DNA of 63,180 nt, counting the filler, from Octopus bimaculoides (Eukaryota): NCBI RefSeq assembly GCF_001194135.2. It is 6 parts of 5 records of this genome, joined end to end, with 100 filler letters (N's around TTAATTAATTAA, not from the genome) between each part and the next. Parts side by side here need not be neighbours in the genome. Positions count along the whole stretch, not along the records: positions 28,779 to 50,583 come from NC_068993.1; positions 50,684 to 57,955 come from NC_068981.1; positions 58,056 to 60,841 come from NC_068986.1; positions 60,942 to 63,180 come from NW_026431378.1; 2 more parts are not named here. The stretch is one strand, 5' to 3'. Below are positions 50,556 to 63,114 of the stretch, one piece after another; within the stretch, counting starts at the first letter, position 1, and the number at the start of each line of letters is the position of its first letter. A model generated the notes under the pieces. That model was given only the letters and a program-made list of their open reading frames with translations. It was not told where the DNA came from and did not search any database. The position numbers and the translations under genes were made by a program.

Positions 50556-50983
50556 CTATATATATATATATATATATATATATNNNNNNNNNNNNNNNNN
50601 NNNNNNNNNNNNNNNNNNNNNNNNNNNTTAATTAATTAANNNNNNNNNNNNNNNNNNNNNNNNNNNNNNNNNNNNNNNNNNNNAATTGTCAAGTAAATGA
50701 GACGCATCTTTGCTTCCACTGATTCACTTGCAAAGTGTTGAGTAAAATTATTTCGTTGCAGACTTCCTTTGAGTCTTTTTATTATCACTGCGGCACATAG
50801 TCCCCAGTTGGTAACATTGATTTCAAGGCCTTCCCAGATGAGAGACTGGCATTCCACTTAATGTCTATGTTCCATGCTGGCATGGATTGGAGAGTTATTA
50901 ATGTAGAAATATGGTATCGTAGCTACTAACAGTTGAGGGTTGCGTAGTCTAGACGGCGTTTTTAGATTTCATTATTCTCTTTA

Positions 50984-51012
50984 ACCCGGGCAAAGCCGGG
51001 TATTTCTGCTAG
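50984..51012 (+). mobile_element. Helitron 3' terminus (GC hairpin + CTAG)
   Basis: ACCCGG-gcaaag-CCGGGT hairpin, 7 nt, CTAG, then T; 5' TC terminus not identified. Confidence 0.65.
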
Positions 51013-51516
51013 TTATCTATAAACATGTGTTGATAAATATAGCTGCAGCTTCCTTTTTTAGCATAGTTGGTCGAATGATCACTGAACTTTCCCCCCTCTA
51101 TTCAGAGCTGTCTCTCTAGAGCAAATTTCTGTAGGGTTGCACATGATCCTTTTGGCGCAATTGCTGTATGCTATCTATATTACTTTGCAGTTGAACGCTG
51201 AAGCCTATAGCTTTTTAGAAGGTTTTCCACTTGCAAGGAAACTTTAGAAAAATATCTGAAGTGGTTTCGTCAAAGCCTGCCTACATGATTTCAGGAGAAT
51301 AACTGGGAAGGTATCTGGATCAGAACTTAAACTCATTTAGTCTATGACCGCTGTTATATTTGCCTCAATTTTAAACTGTTCACTGAGAATTTTACTTACC
51401 TTTTCGGGTTCGCAGTTAGTGAGAACAACGGTCTTATTTTGTATTGTGCTGTGGCTGTTTCCTTTGCAAATTTATAGAAAGCTTTAGGGTTTGTTTTTAT
51501 GCCTTCCACTGCACTG

Positions 51517-51574
<58 letters not shown>

Positions 51575-51916
51575 TCTTTCCTTTTCATGATGGAGTTTGA
51601 TTTTGTTTTCAGTTTTCAGGAGTGTCCGTCTTAAAATAGATTTCTTATCCTTCAATTGCCTATTCAACCAGTTTGAGACCAGTGTCTCAAAACGATTTTT
51701 TCTGTCTTTGGGGATTTTGTTTGTAGGTATGCTGGCCTTTGTTTCTGGGGGTGTATTTAGTGCATACAGCCTGCACTGTCGACGTAAACTGAGTTTGAAG
51801 TCAATGTCTTGCATAGACAGAACTAAGAATACAACTACATTTTCAAGCCATATCAGAGTTTCTCGTACCTGTTTAATTGAAATTTAACAATATTTGTCAC
51901 ACTCACGTGTGTGTGT

Positions 51917-51957
<41 letters not shown>

Positions 51958-52735
51958 NNNNNNNNNNTGTGTGTGTGTGTGTGTGTGTATGTGTGTGTGT
52001 GTGTGCGTGTTTGCTGTGTGTGTGTCCGTTGCTATGAACATAAATAAACTTTACTGTTTACGCTTTACAGTTACCTTCAATTTTACGATCATGATAAGGA
52101 AATAAACGAAGTTATAAAACTTTGAAACAAAAGAGTAGATAGAAACCAATAGCAGAAATACAAATTAATCCATGAAAAACAAAAGACAAATATAAAAATG
52201 GATATATTGAAATTTGTGTTTGTGTGTGAATGTAATAAATTCAGAGCTATAAATATTTTATAAATTTTGAATTACAAATTAAAAAAAAGCAAAACAATGT
52301 AAATTTTCGTTTATGAGATATCTATTTGAGCCTAGAACTCCAACTGTCAAATCAATGATTTATCAAAAACAGTTGGTTGTTTAGCATCTAAATCAGATAT
52401 GAATTATGAATTCTATATAGAATATAAAAGAGAAATGATGTAAAACTGTAATTCAAGGATAATTTCTCTTCTCATAACAATCTGCAGCTAAAACAAAAAG
52501 AACAAAAGAAACTCCTAATTAAAACACAATTAAAACTCAAAAAATTCATATTTAGAATATACATGTTGAAGCATCGTAAAATATGCAAATATGTTATTTA
52601 ATGGTGTGTCTCAAAGCGAATAATGCTATAAATAATAGCTTATGATATATTAGGTTAAAACACTAGCTTTATATCTTCCTTCCCATCTTTTTAACTCAAT
52701 ATATTATAAGTTATTATTAATTATGACTTTATCAA

Positions 52736-53120
52736 GGTGGTGAACTTGCAGAAGTATTAGCACGCTTAGCGGTATTTCGTCAGTTTTTTTTTTTTTTTTT
52801 TTTTTTTTTTACGTTCTGAGTTCAAATACCGCCGAGGTTGACTTTGCTTTTCATCATTTCGGTATCGATAAAATGAGTACCAGTTGAACATTGGGGTCAA
52901 TGTAATCGACTTACTCTCTCCCTCAAAATTGTTGACCTTGTGCCAAAATTTTAACTCATTATTTCATGGCTTTATTAAGGTGGTAAACTGACAAAATACT
53001 TAGCGGTAGTTCGTCCGTTTTTACGTTCTGAGTTCAAATTTCGCGGAGCTGCCTTTCATCCTTTCAGGTTCGATGAAATAAGTATCAATTAGGTTCTGGG
53101 GTCGATAAAATCGACTTAGG
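52736..53120 (+). mobile_element. Head-to-tail dimer of SINE family B
   Basis: Copies 52736-52955 and 52979-53120. Confidence 0.8.
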
Positions 53121-53916
53121 ATTATTTATGGCTTTATTTGTGTCGAGATGTACTGTTAAATGACTTACAGAATTAACGTTTGTCAGCATCTGATTATATC
53201 GTTAAAGAGCAATAAAGATAGATCGAAGTTTCTAAATTTTTAAAAACATATATTGTGATATTATGTTGTGAATAATTACTGTTCATTAATAGCTCAGAGT
53301 AAATAACTTTGATTGCTTGACTGAAATGTTCTAAACATGCAACCAATATCGATTCTCCGAAATCGCAACGAAAGACTGCAAGGAAATTTCAGACCATTAA
53401 ATGATAATGACGAACAAATTAAACTATGAGTCTACATGAAACCGTAAGTGACTTACTCATGGGCTATCCAAAACTAGGTATTTATTGATGAAGAAACATC
53501 GCTGGAGTAAAGCAATTGCTGTCAAACATCGTTTCTTAGAAAAATTTAGTGACGTTATACCGTGAAAAGCAATACAGCAAGGAATTCACAATCTGTATTG
53601 CAGTATGAAAGCCCTAACATCAAAGTTGTGAATTCTCCATTCAACGATGGTTTCGAGGATTCCTCAGGGAAGAATTTAGGATGAGAACGCACTGTATAAC
53701 CGTGATATAGAATATCTAAACAATGTACGTCGCACTATGTAACCTCTCTCCTAACATTTATAACATTAGCAAGGAGATTTAACTGGAGCCAACGAGCGAG
53801 CATCTATACGGCCATTGGACTTTTGATCAAATAGAATACAAATGTTGCTCGCCAAAACTTGAAGGACACACGCATACGCACATACACACACACATATATA
53901 TGTATATATGTATATG

Positions 53917-53978
<62 letters not shown>

Positions 53979-54432
53979 TACGGTGAATGTACGCGTGTGT
54001 ATGTCCTTTCATATAGAACTGTGACAAATATACGGCTTAAAAGTGAATGCCATGTGCAGTCCTTAATGAAGAAAATACAATAATGATAACGATAATAATA
54101 ACAACAATAGTAATAATAATAGCTGCTTAAATTACATATTATAAACTACTTTAAAAGTAATACGGTTCTACTTACCAAGAAGGCAAAGATTTGGAAAAGA
54201 TTTGGAAAATCGTGTGAATAACGAAAAAATGATATTATCTACAGCCAGAAAGATTGAAGAACTCGCTGGAACACTTAAGGACTTACAGAACAAAAAACAT
54301 AAACGACAAGATAATTAGCTGGAGAAAAGTAATGATATAGCCAATTCATGCAACAAATAATGTTGGAAGTGAAGAGCGCCGGTTGTAGCTGATTATAGTC
54401 GCTCGGTGGGAGACGCTGACTCCCTCTACGCC

Positions 54433-54473
54433 ATTCTCGTCTTGACATGGTCTTGATGAAACGTCACTAGAAT
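54433..54473 (+). ncRNA. Highly degenerate hammerhead-like motif
   Basis: Stem I attctcgt/actagaat (7/8) and GAA-ACGU-C at 54458-54465 are present, but the CUGANGA box reads CUUGACA. Confidence 0.35.
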
Positions 54474-55059
54474 ATAAAAGACTTGCGCTAAAATCTTTTA
54501 ACGATGTCCAACATACAACTTACTACGTCATAGCTGCCAGGCAGGAAGACAAACCTCCCGTCCTTTTAAAAGGAAGACAGCAGTAGATATTCAGGACAGA
54601 ATCGACTGATGGCTGGGATAATTCTAAAGATGATAGTTGTCTGAAGTAAGCCAATTAATCGACATTGTTCAGACACTAAACATGAGTGAATTGAAAGGTT
54701 TCATCACCCTTCGTGTGTCTCAGACAGGTTAATTACTGGTTATTCCGCGCCTCAATAAGATGTGCCGAACAGGGAATATATCGCTGTAACCATGAAATTT
54801 TTGAAAGTGGTCCATAACTTCCGACCTGAAATTCCACGAGAAGCGACTGTTCAGACAATCCTCGTTGAGGCCTAGAATCGTTCTCAGGACACCGTCGTCA
54901 TTGTTTGGGAAGGTTCGGTGATTTGTTAGCCTCAGCGAATACCTGACCATCATGATCTACGTATCACAGTCCACTCCCGGGTGGTTGTTGACAGGAGACG
55001 GATCTCCTACACAAGAAGCGAACGAATATATGTTCCAATAATGTTTCAAATTGTTGTAC

Positions 55060-55245
55060 AAGGAAAGCTATTAATGCGGGAGGGGTGTTTAATTGAGTAC
55101 ATCGACTTCAGTACATGACTGGTACTAATTTTAGTGACCCCAAAAGAATGAAAAGCAAAGTCATCTTCGGCGGAATTTTTACTCAGAAGAAATACTGCTA
55201 AGCATTTTGGCCGGTACACTGACGTTTCTGCCAGCCTGCCGCCTT
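55060..55245 (-). mobile_element. SINE family B, degenerate
   Basis: tacatcgacttcagtacatgactggtact...aaagcaaagtcatcttcggcggaattt. Confidence 0.7.
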
Positions 55246-56469
55246 AATAACAATACCAATCATGGAAAACTTAGGGTAACAGCTTCATTAGCAACAACAG
55301 ATAACAATATAATGTATAGGAAAAATCTTCATTTGTGGGTAAGACCTACTAGGACCAATCTAAGAATCCACAAATCCAACATTACACTAGTTACTAAGAG
55401 TAAATGCCATCTTCCAACTGTCCTTCTCCATCCGAAGAGTAAATTTTAGTTACAGATGTAGCTGCTGATCAGTAGAACGCTTACAGTTGTCAGGTGGTAG
55501 CATATAGCAATGAATATGCACAAGTCCTCCCACCCCAACTCTATCTGATCTTTTCAATACAACTTCCTCTCAGCATCTTTTTGAATGAGACTGACCACCT
55601 TAGTGGCTACCTCAAAGCTGGCTTTTATTTGATTTACTTAATTTCTCCAATAATATCTAAAATCGATTATTTTTGTTTACATTTTACAGCCTTGTCTCAA
55701 GTTTATGTTATTTTCTGTCTTGGTTATTATAAATCATCTATACAAACATAAATTTTAATAAAAAAAAGAAAAAGAAAAACTTTTCACGACGAAAAGAAAT
55801 TATTTATCGATTAGAGAATAGATTTGTTTGAAATATCATTATTGCTCTTCGAACATTTTCTATTGTTGTATTTTATAAATTTCATATCAATTAACTGAAT
55901 TCACAAACAGAAATAATATGAGTCGCCTTATCTCGACTTGCAACGCGTAGTTGTAAATATCGAAATAAATAACAATGGTTGGAAAACAAAATTATACTCT
56001 TCGTCTTCGCCGTATCCGTAAGCTGTTCCACGTTTCCGAAGTCTTCGTTTCGTTTACTTTCAGATTAGTTATTAGAAATACTAATTTCTGATGACCAAGA
56101 AAACCGAACCTTGCAGGAAACGTGCCTCTGCACAAGTTGTGTTTGATAACTGGATCTAACAGATTTTCTGTTTTTGTCGTCTCTTCTGTTCATTTCTGTG
56201 ACATTCTTATTCAAATAGATCTGCAACAGAGAGATAACTTTGATCAGCATAACATATAACGGGGTATAGCCTGTCATAATGAAGAAAGTTTTATAGCATT
56301 TTCTTGTAGTCATCACTTGAAAGGAAAGGTGAAGATTTAGCCCGACGGCTAAATTAAAGTAGAACACGATTTTTGTCCTTGAGTAGCAATTGTTATTTCC
56401 TATTTGCTTACCACCAGAAAGTATGAAAAATGGCTAATACTTCCTTCAAACTTTGCTTTTGTTACATTT

Positions 56470-56633
56470 ATTCAAACCCCAAAGAATCCCCCTCAACACA
56501 TGACTATGATTCTCCTCCATTACTCCTGCGTATGATCAGAGATGCACTTATTGTCAGCGACTAGGGGACATGCTCAGGTGGTTACGGTCAAGCAACTGAC
56601 AAGCAAATCTTCGAAATTGAGCAGAATATTTGC
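56470..56633 (-). mobile_element. Fragment of the repeat at 83-495 / 4940-5499
   Basis: aaaccccaaagaatccc...gatcagagatgcac...caactgacaagcaaatct. Confidence 0.75.
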
Positions 56634-56848
56634 CATAACGATATTTCTTCTCAGTAACTCAGCGCTGAATGTCTGAAATGTAACGGAAAATAGGTTAGTT
56701 TCAAAATATTGATGTCCAGGTCACAAAAGCAAAGTTTTCAGGGAATGGTAATGATTTCCTTTGATTTCTTAATAGAAGCAAATAAGAAATAACACGTACT
56801 AACTAAAGACAACAAATAAATAAATATATTGTTACACAGTGTTACATA

Positions 56849-57283
56849 GGCGCAGGAGTGGCTGTGTGGTAAGTAGCTTACTTACCAACCACATGTTTCC
56901 GGGTTCAGTGCCACTGCGTGGCACTTTGGGCAAGTGTCTTCTACTATAGCCTCGGGCCGACCAAAGCCTTGTGAGTGGATTTGGTAGACGGAAACTGAAA
57001 GAAGCCTGTCGTATATATATGTATATGTATATATATGTGTGTTTGTGTGTGTGTGTGTGTGTGTGTTTGTCCCCCCCCCCCCAACATCGCTTGACAACCA
57101 ATGCTGGTGTGTTTACATCCTCGTAACTTAGCGGTTCGGCAAAAGAGACCGATAGAATAAGTACTAGGCTTACAAAGAATAAGGTCCTGGGGTACGATTT
57201 GCTCGACTAAAGGCGGTGCTCCAGCATGGCCGCAGTCAAATGACTGAAACAAGTAAAAGAGTAAAGAGTAAAGAGTAAAGAGT
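56849..57283 (+). mobile_element. SINE family A, full length
   Basis: tRNA-like head, CORE-like gtggcactttgggcaagtgtctt, internal (TA)/(TG) microsatellite, tail tgactgaaacaagtaaa(agagta)n. Confidence 0.9.
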
Positions 57284-57741
57284 GCTATCACCGTTGTTTT
57301 CTGTACCACCAACTACTATAACGGCGAAAGATTCTAGTATTCCGCTCTATTAACATAATCATCAGAATGTTTGCTTTCAATATCAATGTAATTAATTTCG
57401 ATTCGTTTGCTGCCTGATTGTCATCAAATGTCATTCCTAGATGTGTATATAACCTCAGGTCAGACGAAAATTCCATCTAATATTTCCTCCAATAGATTTA
57501 CACATGCTATAACTTGATAATATTCTCACCTAGAATGCAGTCAAACTCTGCTCAGCCCGTAAGAATCTGTATCTAACAATACTATTGCTTACATAATGCC
57601 ATAATGTTTGATGATCGTAGTAGTATTATCTAATATTCCGCTAATATTCCGCTAAGGCGTCTATGATGCAAGCATTGCGAGGGTATATATATACTGGTAG
57701 GCAGGATAGTAAAGGGGCACATGCAAAAATATAGACACATT

Positions 57742-57907
57742 GGTGCAGGCGCGACTCTGTTGCAAGAAACTTGCTTCCCAACCACATGGTTCCGGTTTCA
57801 GTCCCACTGCGTGGGACTCTGGGCAAGTGTGTTTTCTACTATAGTTTTTGGGTTAACCAAAGTCATGTGATTAGATTTAGTAGACGGAAGCTGAGAGAAA
57901 CCCGTCA
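57742..57907 (+). mobile_element. SINE family A, degenerate 5' half
   Basis: caaccacatggttccggtttcagtcccactgcgtgggactctgggcaagtgtg. Confidence 0.75.
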
Positions 57908-58139
57908 TATATATATATATATATATATGAATATATATATACATACATATATATANNNNNNNNNNNNNNNNNNNNNNNNNNNNNNNNNNNNNNNNNNNNT
58001 TAATTAATTAANNNNNNNNNNNNNNNNNNNNNNNNNNNNNNNNNNNNNNNNNNNNAATAACAAGTGCAGGCAATATTCAAGTATTTTGATGGCTTTTTCC
58101 CCTTTGTTTACGAACAGTCTAGTTAATCGGAAATGTCAG

Positions 58140-58502
58140 AACTAACGGGGATTAATACCATATACACCGTCACAGCACTAACTGCCACACACACGCCTCA
58201 ACTTCTTACATACAGACTCTTCCTATTGTGTACTCAACAAACCGGCAAATGCTCACACGTGTTACTGACTCTTTCTATCTGCTGTATATCACGCATACAC
58301 ATACATGTATCACTTACACACACTCTTTTCTTTATACGACGGCCTGTCTTTTATTATGTTTTAATATGTCGCATTCACACTCACACAGACATACATCTTA
58401 ATGCAACAATAAATAATACTGTTATTCATCTTATACGGTTGTGTTCAATATCGTCTTCCTTACTGGTCATTTACGAAATCACTATGTTATCGAAGTATAA
58501 CA
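58140..58502 (+). mobile_element. 3' part of the LTR-like family also at 40662-41572
   Basis: ~250 bp shared with 41325-41570; AATAAA; apparent end ...TATAACA. Confidence 0.55.
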
Positions 58503-58559
58503 TATATATATCATCATTTGATATAATTTTGTGTTCGACCGTGTGACACGTTTAAGAAA

Positions 58560-59786
58560 GGAGCCCTGTTTTTCCATTCGTCACCATTTCTCCTTTTGGG
58601 TTCGCACGGTCGTTCTTACATGTTTCAGGATGGTACTGTGACGAGTCGTTGTTGAAAGCAATATGGTTGGGCTGACTGTAGCCATACGAGCGGCTATACC
58701 GCGCACAGTAAGCTGTGTGGTGCTGTCGACAAGTCGTCTATTTTGTACGTCTACTAGGAGACCGAAATGATGCAGGAGATCGTCTCCTAAGATAGGGGTC
58801 GGCAGTTTGGCGATGACAAATACCCACTGGAAGGTGCGGTGTAGTCCCAAGTTCAGCGTTAGGGACTGTTCACCGTAGGTTTAGATTGGCGAGTGATTAA
58901 CTGCCTGAAGACAGACTGGTGTCTCCTTTCGTTTTCCTGAAATGCTGGAAACAGGGACTACGCTGACTTCCGCGCCGGTGTCAATCAGGAAACGTGTGCC
59001 TGTTACACAATCGAAAACGAAAAACAGGCGACTTTGTGGGTGCGAACCAGGAACTTCCGTCGCATTCAGTTCCTGGCTGTACCGTTTCCCGAACTGGGTG
59101 ATGCGAATGAGCATGGGGTGGTACATTTCCGCGCCTGTGTTCCGAACNNNNNNNNNNTGTACCGTTTCCCGAACTGGGTGATGCGAATGAGCATGGGGTG
59201 GTACATTTCCGCGCCTGTGTTCCGAACTTTCGGTGGTACCAGCACGTGTCGTGTGAGTTGCGACTAGCACTGGGACTGCGGGATCGGCTACTAGGTCGAC
59301 GCGATCGACTGCTGCTTCGGCGCTGGATACCACGCGATAAGGCTTGTATCTGATCTGTCAGGGCCTGTATCTGTGAAGCTCGCTGAGTGACCACCAATGC
59401 ACGCAAGTCGGAAATTTCCGAATCACTGGACGACGAAAGGAAAGGGTTGGGGGAAGGAATCGCTGCCTGGAATGCCATGTCGGTAGGAGAAATGTTCACC
59501 GCTGGATTCTGATCTGTGAGAGCCATTGTGTTCGCAGGAATTCTGAGTTGTTTCGTTGACAGATGATGTGCAGGGTGTTATTCTTCGGTTGAAGCTGGAT
59601 CCATGGAAGGCCGGAATTCTGTGACGGGGTCACCAAAATGTAGTGGGGTCACCAAAATGTGGTATGTTTTTGTTTAGTGTCGGTGCGATAGGCATGTGTT
59701 TGCCTGTGAAATGACAAAGTGATAACTTGTTTAACTATAACATTTTTTTTATTTGCTGGTGTTAATAAACAATATTTGCCACTACA
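58560..59786 (-). mobile_element. Truncated Gypsy LTR retrotransposon (5' LTR, tRNA-Trp PBS, gag, protease; no RT/IN)
   Basis: Gag CWYHRKFGTQARKCTTPCSF; protease FLIDTGAEVSVVP and ILGDDLLHHFGLLVD; PBS TGGTGACCCCG at 59625-59635. Confidence 0.85.
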
Positions 59787-60524
59787 TTCAATTTTGGCAA
59801 CTTGCTTCGAGTTGCTAGAAAAATGATGGAACCAGGATACATCTGGAGTAGATGTACCCGAAGACTACATATGTTCGTGTGTGTGTGTTCGTTCTTTCAT
59901 CTTGAATAGCAGGCAACAGATCTCTTTCTCATAGTAGCAGGACACTGATTCAGTCTGCGAGCATCACAGTCTCCGTCTCTGTCTCTCTGTGTCCCTGGTG
60001 TCTTGTTGACCACTTTATTTATAAGAATCGTAGCAGCTAGAAGGACAGACATACTGCAGCAGGCTTAGTACCTAAGTAGGCCAGTTGCTGTCCAGTTGAA
60101 CTTCGCCTGACATCTATAAGGTCGAAGGTTAAAAGGAGATCATTAATCACTTTTTGACAGGACAAAGAAAACCTGCTTTTCGCGCCTGTTGATCGAGATG
60201 TTTGAACAGCCGAGAATTCTTAGATTCGGTTTCGAATCTAGGCTTGGAGAAGGAAGTGTTAATTTTTACAAATTCATTAATTATTTTTTTTACTTGAGTG
60301 TAATGGAAAAAAGTTTGGAAAAAATTTTTAGATTCATTTATTTTTCGTTTGAGTAATGGAAAAAGGTTTCAAACAAGATCCCATGTATCATGGTGAGAGA
60401 AACAAATTCATAAATACGGTGTTGGATATGGTTTCACTATGGAAAAAAAGTTAAGAGTAATTTAGCTGTTATTTTTAGCACATCTCCACCGTTGAGGGTA
60501 AGAGTTGTACTGAATGTTTTACAG

Positions 60525-60830
60525 TGTAGGAAAGTGGTTATACACCATTAGGTGTACACCCGCTTCCGTACATTAAATTCTGAAGAAACAACGTAACGCA
60601 GATTCCGATCCATCAACACAACAATATTTATTTACAGAGGAAATAGGCAGGTTGCTGAGACGCCTTCTGAATGATTTCCGTGGTCATTTGTGAAACTCTG
60701 GTGCTGACATGTGAGAGAGCTCTGTGGGACGTCTAACCTCTTCGTCGGCCGGCGAGAAAAGAGAATGAATAAGGGCGCCAAACTTGGATATTGATGACTA
60801 CGCATGCGCACGAGACAACGCGTTACTACA
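60525..60830 (-). mobile_element. Solo LTR (306 bp) with 4-bp TSD ACAG
   Basis: TGTAG...CTACA termini; ACAG at 60521-60524 and 60831-60834; AATAAA on the minus strand. Confidence 0.85.
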
Positions 60831-61261
60831 ACAGTATAAAANNNNNNNNNNNNNNNNNNNNNNNNNNNNNNNNNNNNNNNNNNNNTTAATTAATTAANNN
60901 NNNNNNNNNNNNNNNNNNNNNNNNNNNNNNNNNNNNNNNNNTATACAGAGATTTATGACAGTATAAAATTCTATTGTAATTAAAGGCATTCAAGAGACCA
61001 TGTCTATGCTGAAAATAGACGCTAAATCGCCAAGCTACTTAAAATTATTACCTTTTTATAGTATTATAATATAATTTTTATAGTACAATAATATAGTTTT
61101 ATGGTGCTATAAAAAAGTGAGAATATTAAGTGGTTTGACAATTTAGCATTTATTTTCAGCATAGGTATCTTGTAGGTTCTTAATTATAATTGCGTTTTAT
61201 ACCATTGTAAATTTCTCTCTATATATATTCATATAACTGTGTGTGTGTTCTAGTGATCTGA

Positions 61262-61430
61262 TCTACAGAACAGCCTGCTAGTGAAATTAACGTGCAAGTG
61301 GCGGAATAATCCACAGAAATCTCTTGTCGGCACAAGGCCACAGTAGAAGACACACTTGCCCAAGGTGCCACGCAGTGGGAGTGAATCCAGAGCCATGTAG
61401 TTGGGAAGCAAGCTTCTTACCAAACAGCCA
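61262..61430 (-). mobile_element. Chimeric SINE: family A head/CORE joined to family C domain
   Basis: 61321-61430 matches family A; 61262-61320 matches cacttgcacgttaatttcactagcaggctgttc. Confidence 0.7.
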
Positions 61431-61431
61431 C

Positions 61432-63114
61432 CGGAATATTCTGAGCGTTGTTAAGCTAAATCTTTTAACGCTACATTGAACACACCTGAAGCGTAACATA
61501 GTTAAAACTTCGGTGCTGCTTGAAGCGGGAGTGCATTTCTTCTTTGCTCTTGACTAAGAATAGATTTATCTTTCGTTCTGATTACCCTTTGTTGACATTT
61601 GAAACGGATAACCAAACTGTTCATATTCACGTTGTAACGGTCTTCATTTCTTTTTTATTTTGTGGTGAGGGGGAGAGAAATTGCTTCAAAGACTAGCAGA
61701 AACATTTGTGAAGTTTATAGTGATAATGCTGTAAGTGAATTAAATATTCGAAGGTCATTTGCAAAATTTGAAGCTGGAGAGTTTAGCTTGGAAGATGACA
61801 GTCGCAGTGGAAGATCTTCAACATTGGATGAAGATGTTTTTAAGGCAAAAAATGGAAGAAATCTCTAATATCCCAACACGAGAACTTGCAGAAGGTTTGG
61901 AAGTTTCTAAAAGTACAGCTCAGGAACGCCTAGTGAAGCTAAGGTACACGCCAATGAATGGGTCCCTCGCAAGCTCACAGACAACAATTTCTTGCACCGG
62001 TATTCTGTTTGTGATATGCTTTTGAAACGGAATGAACGCATGTCTTTTTTGAAGCAACTTCTGACTGGAGATGAAAGATGGATTGTGTACAAAACGTAGT
62101 GTGAACTAAATCCTGGAGTTTGCGTAGGGATCCACCAAACAGTTGTTGCTGTCTGCACTCCGTCGCTTACGACGTCGAGGGTTCCAGTTGATCCGATCAA
62201 CGGAACAGCCTGCTCGTGAAATTAACGTGCAAGTGGCTGAGCACTCCACAGACACGTGTACCCTTAACGTAGTTCTCGGGGATATTCAGCGTGACACAGT
62301 GTGACAAGGCTGACCCTTTGAATTACAGGCACAACAGAAACAGGAAGTAAGAGTAAGAGAGAGTTGTGGTGGAAGAGTACAGCAGGGTTCACCACCATCC
62401 CCTGCCGGAGCCTCGTGGTGCTTTAGGTGTCTTCACTCAATAAACACTCACAAAACGCGGTCTGGGAATCGAAACCACGATCCTATGACCGCGAGTCTTC
62501 TGCCCTAACCACTGGGCCATTGCGCCTCCACCCCCAAAGAACAACCAAAGACGAATATCCATGCCAAAAGAGCTACGCTTTGTATTTGGTGGGATCATAA
62601 AGGCATAATTTATTACGAACTACTCCCACAAAACCAGACTATTACTGCTGATGAGTACTGTGGTCAGATGGCTAATTTGAAACCAAACAAATCAAAGAAC
62701 TGAGACCGGAGATTGCTAACAAGGAAGAGGCAGTGTTCGAGCAGGACAAAGCCTGACCACACGTGTCTTTGGCTACCTGAACAAACTTATATCAACTTGA
62801 CTGGAATCTCTTACCACATCTACCATATTCTCCAGATATTGCATCATCCAAGTACGATTTGATTGGTCTCTAGAGAACTCTGTGCAAGGAAAAATAATTC
62901 ACGATTTAGATGAATACAAAATGGATCTAGATGACTTTTTTCTTTGAGACCAGTCAAGATTTATGCTGATGGAATATTTAAATTGCCTGGCAGATGGGCA
63001 AAGGTCGTTTATAATAATGGAAATTATTTCTTTGAATAAAATTTATTGAAAGGTCAATTATTTGTTTCGCCTTTTGCATATTAAAAAACGGTCAGAACTA
63101 TCTGGACAACCCAT
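61432..63114 (+). mobile_element. Mariner (DD34D-type) element, degenerate, interrupted by a SINE
   Basis: SLEDDSRSGR, WVPRKL, LTGDERWIVY, LCIWWD, EQDKA*PH, LPYSPDIAS; stop 63037-63039; 3' TIR cagaactatctggacaaccca + TA; partial 5' TIR at ~61432-61455. Confidence 0.9.
62115..62530 (-). mobile_element. SINE family C, near full length, inserted in the mariner
   Basis: Head gtggaggcgcaatggcccagtggttaggg...gtttcgattccc; Ceph-like domain at 62160-62330. Confidence 0.85.

Noticed and set aside
59078-59227. Exact ~70-bp repeat at the Gypsy gag-protease junction flanking a 10-N gap
   Set aside because: Unmerged contig overlap, not a real duplication or frameshift signal.
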